Shown here piece after piece: positions 55,977 to 64,000 of a stretch of DNA of 64,000 bases. Under the pieces are notes generated by a model. The model saw only the letters and a program-made list of their open reading frames with translations, searched no databases and was not told the DNA's origin. Position 1 is the first letter of the stretch. Each line of letters begins with the position of its first letter. The DNA is from the human T2T-CHM13v2.0 reference genome, Homo sapiens: NCBI RefSeq assembly GCF_009914755.1, contig NC_060928.1; one strand, given 5' to 3'. The translations under genes and the position numbers were made by a program.

Positions 55977-57183
55977 ATGGGTAAGCTTCCACCTTCCATT
56001 CCTCCTTCTTCTCCCTTAGCCTGTGTTCTCAAAAACTTAAAACCTCTTCAACTCACACCTGACCTAAAACCTAAATGCCTTATTTTCTTCTGCAATGCTG
56101 CTTGACCCCAATACAAACTTGACAGTAGTTCCAAATAGCCAGAAAATGGCACTTCCAATTTTTCCATCCTACAAGATCTAAATAATTCTTGTCGTAAAAT
56201 GGGCAAATGGTCTGAGGTGCCTGACGTCCAGGCATTCTTTTACACATCAGTCTAAAAGTCTCTGTGCCCAGTGCAACTCGTCCCAAATCTTCCTTCTTTC
56301 CCTCCCTCCTGTCCCCTCAGTCCCAACCCCAAGCGTCACTGAGTCTTTCTAATCTTCCTTTTCTACAGACCCATCTGACCTCTCCCTTCCTCCCCAGCCC
56401 AAGCTAGGTCCCAATTCCTCCTCAGCCTCTGCTCCTCCACCCTGTAATCTTTTTATCACCTCCCCTCCTCACACCTGGTCCGACTTACAGTTTCGTTCCG
56501 TGACTAGCCCTCCCCCTCCTGCCCAGCAATTTACTCTTAAAAAGGTGGCTGGAGCCAAAGGCATAGTCAAGGTTAATGCTCCTTTTCCTTTATCCCAAAT
56601 CAGATAGCGTTTAGGTTCTTTTTCATCAAATATAAAAACCCAGCCCAGTTCATGGCTCGTTCCCCAGCAACCCTGAGACGTTTTACAGCCCTAGACCCTA
56701 AAAGGTCAAAAGGCCATCTTATTCTCAATATACATTTTATTTCCCAATCTGCTCCCGACATTAAATAAAACTCCAAAAATTAAATTCTGGCCCTCAAACC
56801 CCACAACAGGATTTAATTAACCTCGCCTTCAAGGTGTACAATAATAGAAAAAGTTGCAATTCCTTGCCTCCACTGTGAGACAAACGCCAGCCACATCTCC
56901 AGCACACAAGAAATTCCAAACACCTGAACCGCAGGGGCCAGGCGTTCCTCTAGAACCTCCTCCCACAGGAGCTTGCTACAAGTGCCAGAAATCTGACCAC
57001 CAAGCCAAGGAATGCCTGCAGCCCAGGATTCCTCCTAAGCCGTGTCCCATCTGTGCGGGACGCCACTGGAAATTGGACTGTTCAACTCACCTGGCAGCCA
57101 CTCCCAGAGCCCCTGGAACTCTGGCCCAAAGCTGTCTGACTGACTCCTTCCCAGATCTTCTCGGCTTAGCGGCTGAAGACTGA
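55977..57183 (+). pseudogene. HERV-H gag remnant
   Basis: MGKLPPSIPP...A*PQYKLDSSSK*PENGT (matrix-like); zinc knuckles CYKCQKSDHQAKEC and CPICAGRHWKLDC; ends LAAED-TGA. Confidence 0.9.
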
Positions 57184-59420
57184 CGCTGCCCGATCGCGTC
57201 GGAAGCCCCGTAGACCATCACGGATGCCGAGCTTTGGGTAACTCTCACAGTGGAAGGTAAGTCCGTCCCCTTCTTAATCAATACGGAGGCTACCCACTCC
57301 ATGTTACCTTCTTTTCAAGGGCCTGTTTCCCTTGCCTCCATAACTGTTGTGGGTATTGACGGCCAGGCTTCTAAACCTCTTAAAACTCCCCAACTCTGGT
57401 GCCAACTTAGACAATACTCTTTTAAGCACTCCTTTTTAGTTATCCCCACCTGCCCAGTTCCCTTATTAGGCTGAGACACTTTAACTAAATTATCTGCTTC
57501 CCTGACTACTCCTGGACTACAGCTATATCTCATTGCCGCCCTTCTTCCCAATCCAAAGCCTCCTTTGCGTCCTCCTCTTGTATCCCCCCACCTTAACCCA
57601 CAAGTATAAGATACCTCTACTCCCTCCTTGGTGACCGATCATGCACCCCTTACCATCTCATTAAAACCTAATCACCCTTACCCCACTCAACGCCAATATC
57701 CCATCCCGCAGCACGCTTTAAAAAGATTAAAGCCTGTTATCACTCGCCTGCTACAGCATGGCCTTTTAAAACCTATAAACTCTCCTTACAATTCCCCCAT
57801 TTTACCTGTCCTAAAACCAGACAAGCCTTACAATTTAGTTCAGGATCTGCGCCTTATCAACCAAATTGTTTTGCCTATCCACCCCATGGTGCCAAACCCA
57901 TATACTCTCCTATCCTCAATACCTGCCTCTACAACCCATTATTCTGTTCTAGATCTCAAACATGCTTTCTTTACTATTCCTTTGCACCCTTAATCCCAGC
58001 CTCTCTTCGCTTTCACTTGGACTGACCCTGACACCCATCAAGCTCAGCAAATTACCTAGGCTGTACTGCTGCAAAGCTTCACAGACAGCCCCCATTACTT
58101 CAGTCAAGCCCAAATTTCTTCCTCATCTGTTACCTATCTCGGCATAATTCTCATAAAAACACACATGCTCTCCCTGCCAATCGTGTCCGACTGATCTCTC
58201 AAACCCAAGCACCTTCTAGAAAACAACTCCTTTCCTTCCTAGGCATGGTTAGCGCAGTCAGAATTCTTACACAAGAGCCAGGACCACACCATGTAGCCTT
58301 TCTGTCCAAACAGCTTGACCTTACTGTTTTAGCCTAGCCCTCATGTCTGCGTGCAGTGGCTGCCGCTGCTTTGATGATTTTAGAGGCCCTCAAAATCACA
58401 AACTGTGCTCAACTCACTCTCTACAGTTCTCATAACTTCCAAAATCTATTTTCTTCCTCATACCTGATGCATATACTTTCTGCTTCCCGGCTCCTTCAGC
58501 TGTACTCTGTTGAGTCTCCCACAATTACCGTTGTTCCTGGCCCAGACTTCAATCCGGCCTCCCACATTATTCCTGATACCACACCTGACCCCCATGACTG
58601 TATCTCTCTGATCCACCTGACATTCACCCCATTTCCCCAAATTTCCTTCTTTCCTGTTCCTCACCCTGATCACGCTTGATTTATTGATGGCGGTTCCACC
58701 AGGCCTAATCGCCACACACTAGCAAAGGCAGGTTATGCTATAGTACAAGGCACTAGCCCGCCTCTTAGAACCTCTCATTTCCTTTCCATTGTGGAAATCT
58801 ATCTTAAAGGAAATAGCTTCTCAGTGTTCCATCTGCTATTCTACTACTCCTCAGGGATTATTCAGGCCCCCTCCCTTCCCTACACATCAAGCTGGAGGAT
58901 TTGCCCCACCCAGGACTGGCAAATTAGCTTTACTCAACATGCCCTGAGTCAGATAACTAAAATACCTCTTAGTCTGGAGGTATTTTAGTTACTGGATAGG
59001 TACTGGCCTTTCCTACAGGGTCTGAGAAGGCCACCGCAGTCATTTCTTCCCTTCTGTCAGACATAATTCCTCAGTTTAGCCTTCCCACCTCAATACAGTC
59101 TGATAACAGATGAGCCTTTATTAGTCAAATCAGCCAAGCAGTTTTTCAGGCTCTTAGTATTCAGTGAAACCTTTATATCCCTTACGGTCCTCTGTCTTCA
59201 AGAAAAGTAGAATGGACTAAAGGTCTTTTAAAAACACACCTCACCAAGCTCAGCCACCAACTTTAAAAGGACTGGACGATATTTTTACCACTTTCCCTTC
59301 TCAGAATTCAGGATTGTCCTCAGAATGCTACAGGTTACAGCCCATTTGAGCTCCTGTATGGACACTCCTTTTTATTAGGCCCCAGTCTCATTCCAGACAC
59401 CAGACCAACTTAGACTGTGC
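57184..59420 (+). pseudogene. HERV-H pro-pol remnant (protease, partial RT, RNase H, integrase)
   Basis: FLINTEATHS (degenerate DTGA), YNSPILPV..VQDLRLIN..LDLKHAFF, FIDGGS..AGYAIV, IQSDN; stops, frameshifts, no YxDD motif. Confidence 0.9.
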
Positions 59421-59983
59421 CCCAAAAAACTTCTCGTCCCTACTATCTTCTGTCTACTCATACTCCTATTCACCGTTCTCAACTACTCATACATGCCCTG
59501 CTCTTGTTTACACTGCTGGTTTACACTGTTTCTCCAAGCCATCACAACTGATATCTCCTGGTGCTATCCCCAAACTGCCACTCTTAACTCTTGAAGTAAA
59601 TAAATAATCTTTGCTGGCAGCACTATGCTGAATCTCCTTAGGCACTCTCTAATCAGATATCCTGAGTCATCCCAATTCTTAGACCTTTTATACCTGTTTT
59701 TCTCCTTCTGTTATTCCATTTAGTTTCTCAATTCATCCAAAACCGTATCCAGGCCATCTCCAATCATTCTATACGACAAATGTTTCTTCTAACATCCCCA
59801 CAATATCACCCCTTACCACAAGATCTCCCTTCAGCTTAATCTCTCCCACTCTAGGTTCCCACACCGCCCCTAATCCCACTTGAAGCAGCCCTGAGAAACA
59901 TCGCCCATTCTCTCTCCATACCACCCCCAAAAATTTTCGCCACCCCAACACTTCAACACTATTTTTATTTTTCTTATTAATAT

Positions 59984-59996
59984 AAGAAGGCAGGAA
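59984..59996 (+). other. Polypurine tract
   Basis: AAGAAGGCAGGAA directly before the 3' LTR. Confidence 0.85.
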
Positions 59997-60449
59997 TGTC
60001 AGGCCTCTGAGCCCAAGCCAAGCCATCGCATCCCCTGTGACTTGCACGTGTATGCCCAGATGGCCTGAAGTAACTGAAGAATCACAAAAGAAGTGAATAT
60101 GCCCTGCCCCACCTTAACTGATGACATTCCACCACAAAAGAAGTGTAAATGACCGGTCCTTGCCTCAAGTGATGACATTACCTTGTGAAAGTCCTTTTCC
60201 TGGCTCATCCTGGCTCAAAAAGCACCCCCACTGAGCACCTTGCCACCCCCACTCCTGCCCGCCAGAGAACAAACCCCCTTTGACTGTAATTTTCCTTTAC
60301 CTTCCCAAATCCTATAAAATGGCCCCACCCTTATCTCCCTTCGCTGACTCTCTTTTCAGGCTCAGCCGGCCTGCACTCAGGTGAAATAAACAGCCATGTT
60401 GCTCACACAAAGCCTGTTTGGTGGGCTCTTCACACGGACGCGCATGAAG
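59997..60449 (+). promoter_or_regulatory. 3' LTR7
   Basis: Colinear with the 5' LTR; 23 substitutions in 453 bp by hand count, no indels. Confidence 0.95.
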
Positions 60450-60656
60450 CCAGGTTCAAGTGTTTCTCCTGTCTCAGCCTCCCGAGTAGTTGGGATTACA
60501 GGTGCCGGCCACCACACCCAGCTAATTTTTGTATTTTTAGTAGAGATGGGTTTTCACCATGTTGGCCAGGCTTGTCTCGAACTCCTGACCTCTTGATCCG
60601 CCCACCTCGACCTCCCAAAGTGCTGGGATTAAAAGCGTGAGCCACCGCGCCCAGCC
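60450..60656 (-). mobile_element. AluS, remaining part (split by HERV-H)
   Basis: Resumes CCAGGTTCAAG...; right TSD GATGAGTCTT at 60,658-60,667. Confidence 0.95.
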
Positions 60657-60775
60657 TGATGAGTCTTGCCTGAAGCCAATTTACCCCCGAACTTTTCTGC
60701 TATATAAATCAATGCATTCCCATTTTTGCATAACCCTATTTTGTGCTGGGTTTTCTGTTGTTCAGAACTAAAGAT

Positions 60776-60850
60776 TTTCTTTTTTTCTGTTTTTGGCAGG
60801 GTCTCATTCTGTCACCCAGGCTGGAGTGCAATGGCGTGATCACAGCTCAC
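60776..60850 (-). mobile_element. Short Alu fragment
   Basis: Poly(T) then CAGGGTCTCATTCTGTCACCCAGGCTGGAGTGC...CTCACT. Confidence 0.8.
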
Positions 60851-61221
60851 TATTAGGCATCGGGTCCAAAACCGTAGGTTCTAAGGGAGATTAAAAAGTC
60901 TAAGTCATGGTCACTATGAATTTATAGTGTTCGGGAGTGACACGTCCACCCCACCCACTCTGATTCTACCAAAAGTTGAACAATTTTAGAATTACCACAG
61001 GCAGTGAATAGGTGCCAGTTTGAAGAGGGATGCTCACTTCACTGCTGAGGAAGGGAAGGAGGGGTTTCGGAGGATGGGTAAGATGCCACTGAAGGCTGAG
61101 GAGGACTGAGGCAGGCAGAGGAAAGAGAGGTGGCTTGCTGGAGGTGGGAGTGGCATGGGCAGATGCTCAGAGGCCTGGGTAGCTTCCATGGAGTGAACCA
61201 TTTAGTGAAGGAGCCGCGGGC

Positions 61222-61600
61222 TGCTTCTCAATCTGGGTTCCCCCGGAAGCGGACCCACAGTCAAGGATTCAGTGCAGGTATTTAACTTGAGATGATCCCT
61301 GGAAGTCCCGGTAGGGAAGTGTGGACAGGGAAGGGAAGAAAGCCAATAAAAGGGACTTTATCAAGCCCATTCCTGGGAAGGCAACTGGAGCTCTATCCTG
61401 CTGGAGGACCCTGTGTGGATCGTGCCTGAAAATCGTCCCAACCTGAAAGGGAGGAGGCTACACAACCTTGTCTCCTCACTGACTCAAGGCTACTCCTGGT
61501 GCCATTTACCCTTCCAGCCTGCCCACTGCTGGAAAACCAGGAAGGGCCCCAGGCAGCCAGGCTGAAGTGTTAGCCACACAGTGGGTGCAACTGTCACCAA
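61222..61600 (-). mobile_element. ERVL LTR16-family solo LTR (diverged)
   Basis: TCTGGGTTCCCCCGGAAGC...CAAGGATT...GACAGGGAAGGGAAGAAAGCCAATAAA. Confidence 0.6.
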
Positions 61601-62554
61601 TTGCCGGAAGGCCTCTGCATGGAGCCAAGAGAGCAAGGATTTCTCCATCCACAGCAGTATCCCCAAAACCCATCAAGTCTCAGCCTGGGGAGTTTGGGGC
61701 CAGGCAGGGGAATGGAGAGGGAACACCCAGGAGTGGGGACTTTTTTTTTTTTTAACCCTGGAGCCCAGGAATGTTTCAACAGTCATGCTCCAAAGGCAAG
61801 GAGTGAATCCAGAGAATCGCCCAACTCATTCCCAGCTCTGCTGACCTCAGTTGGTGAATTAGGTTTCAGTGCTGCCCCCAAATGACTCTGCTCCTCCTGG
61901 GAAGCCCAGGTGAGCCATTCGCTCAGAGCCATCGGGTTCACCTTTGCCCTCGGCCCAGCACAGTAGCTCAAATCCCTACAATTATGGTTTTAAAAAAGCT
62001 GTTGGCCTAGGACCAGGCACTTTTGTTTTTCTCATTTGCAGTGCAAAATAAATGCCGATTTCTTGTTGACAACCTGCGGTGCACTTGAAGCAGTCCGTGA
62101 TTTAAGCACTGTCCTCGTTTTATGGAAAAGGATTCGAGGAAGAAATAGACAAACCACATGAAGAATATTGGTGAAGTGGGAATATTTATTCACTAAGGAA
62201 GCCCTTAAGTTAGAGGGTTCTTACCACAAGCAAGAACTTTCCTTTCCTCAATCTTTCAACAGGTGAAGGGAGCAAAACAAGGCCCTGGCTTTCATATATA
62301 AATAAAGATATAGACTTTTCTATGAAGAAAAGTAAAGCAAAGCAGGGCAAGGGGGAACCCTGTGACAGGGTGTGTTTTATTTGAAGTAGGCCTCTCTGAG
62401 CACATGGCATCTGACTAGAGACACCCAAGAAGGTGAAAGAGGTGTGAATGGAGGCCATGCGGCTACCTGGGGAGAAGGGTATTCTAGAAAGAGGGAAGCA
62501 GAAGGCATTACCATAATGATGTATAGCTTTTGCATAAACATGTGATACTGGTTG

Positions 62555-63026
62555 CTTTAGTTACCTACGGCTGCTGTAACAAATTACTACAAACTCATTG
62601 GCTTAAAATGCCACAAACTTACAAGCTTACATTTCTGGAGGTCAACGGTCTAAAGTGGGTCTTCCAGGCCAAAATCAAGGTGTCAATAGATCTGCATTCC
62701 TTCCATAGGTTCTTGGGGAGAACCTGTCCTCTCACCTTTTCCAGCTTCCAGAAGTCGCCGGCATTTCTTGGCTCATGGCCCCTTCCTGGCATCACTCTAA
62801 CCTCTGCTGTCATCATACCTCCTACTTGGTGACCCTCCTGCTCCCTCTTGTAAAGATCCTATGATGACATTTGTCCTACTGTAAAATCTAGAACAACCTT
62901 CCCATTTTAAGATCCTTTATCTAACCATATCTGCAAAGTCCTTTTTGGAACAGAAGGTAATATATTCAAAGGTTCCTGGGATTAGGATGTGTACCACTTT
63001 GGGGGGCCATTATTCAGCCTACCACA
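62555..63026 (-). mobile_element. MaLR solo LTR (MLT1C/D-like)
   Basis: GGCTGCTGTAACAAATTACTACAAACT...GGGGCCATTATTCAGCCTACCACA. Confidence 0.85.
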
Positions 63027-63499
63027 CCAGTGTTCGGCTAACATTTGGCTAATCAGAATGCTGGGACCTTCAGTCTTCAGGGCCTGCTGGCCTGGGGTGG
63101 GTGAACAGGAAAGGACCCAGAAGCAGGTGACTGGCATGTGAAGCTCTGGGGAGGCTGGGCACAGATAATCAGAGTGAGGTTCAGGCAGCTTTGGTCCATT
63201 GGGGGCCTATAGGTGGGGCTCCCAAAGGCAGGATGGCCACAGATGTCTCTCCAGGTGAGAAGCCAGGCATGAAGGCAGAGGAACAAGCTAAGTGACAGCA
63301 TGAGGAAATAATCGGCCGGATCCAGACAACTGAGAAAACCTGAATATGGATATTGCAGAATTGTCCATTTTATTAGTTGGCATAATGGCATAAGTGATGT
63401 TTTTTTAAAAAAAAAAAATCCTGATTAGGCAGAGCTGCAAACTAACTTTAGAGTGAGATAGCATTTGGTCTGGAATTGGCTTTAAAACATTCCACTGAC

Positions 63500-64000
63500 A
63501 ACCACTAAAAAAAAAAAAAATGCGGGGGAATAGCTGAAACAAGGTTGGCGAAATGTTAACAGTTGATGCAGGGGGTGGATACACGGGAGTTCATTATAAA
63601 ACATCTATATATTTATGCATGTTTGAAAAATCTCATTAAAAAACCTGAAGTCTTTTGGGAAGAAGCAAATGAGGGTTAAGGGAAGAAATCTGGCTTTTGA
63701 ATTAGAAAATGTATATGCGCATGATGACATGTTCAAACTCACCAGTAATCAAAAGAGATGCAAATTAAAACAAAGAGATATTAACTTGGCAAAAATGAGC
63801 AAGTAGAATAATACCAATTGCTGGCAGAGATGTAGGTGGACGTGTCCACGGGACAGGCATAGTGAAGAATATGGCCCTACTTGCTTGAATAAGCCCATTC
63901 TATGATCTGGCATATAGCACAGAGAGTCTCATAGGGAAAATGTGCAAGAATGGCTCACTGCAGCTTCATTTACTGCAGTGCAAAGCTGTGAGTCAGTCAC
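63500..64000 (+). mobile_element. Ancient L1 (L1M-type) fragments
   Basis: TGTTCAAACTCACCAGTAATCAAAAGAGATGCAAATTAAAACAA and GGCGAAATGTTAACAGTTG motifs. Confidence 0.55.

Larger units (their letters stand above)
55019..55984 (+). other. Open HERV-H leader ORF resembling the ESRG/HESRG predicted peptide (non-AUG start; translation unproven)
   Basis: Stop-free frame from CTG 55,019 (LTLFSDSARLHPGEINS...WCRDSDRGTSLGRSIP...) to TAA at 55,984; includes the listed 289-aa ORF. Confidence 0.45.
54672..60449 (+). mobile_element. HERV-H provirus (two LTR7, deleted pol/env type), 5,778 bp
   Basis: Two 453-bp LTRs, His PBS, gag/pro/pol remnants, PPT, and 5-bp TSD CCAGG at 54,667-54,671 and 60,450-60,454. 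Confidence 0.97.

Noticed and set aside
55977-59420. Functional Gag/Pro/Pol proteins
   Set aside because: Multiple stops, frameshifts, mutated protease active site and missing RT YxDD

Overview
Primate (human-like) genomic DNA with no intact protein-coding sequence. A ~3.5 kb CpG island (~23,780-27,270) holds the promoter and first exon of a minus-strand gene. The exon ends at a canonical CAG|GTAAGG donor at 26,095 and carries a CGG repeat and a Kozak-context ATG; I cannot name the gene. Positions 1-26,094 are probably its first intron and the rest is upstream sequence. The main feature upstream is a 5.8 kb two-LTR HERV-H provirus (54,672-60,449, + strand) of the common pol/env-deleted type. 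It has LTR7up-like LTRs, a His-tRNA primer site, retained splice signals, a 61-bp leader VNTR and an open ESRG-like leader ORF. It is inserted in an Alu that is itself inserted in an MLT1 LTR. The remainder is ~25 Alus, MaLR/ERVL/ERV1 solo LTRs, MIR/L2/L1 and DNA-transposon fossils, and simple repeats. I see no clearly new biological system. The best leads are the HERV-H locus, an Alu tail with GAA and AAGGG repeats, and the 5' exon/uORF architecture. Repeat subfamily names are from memory of consensus sequences, and old-element boundaries are approximate.
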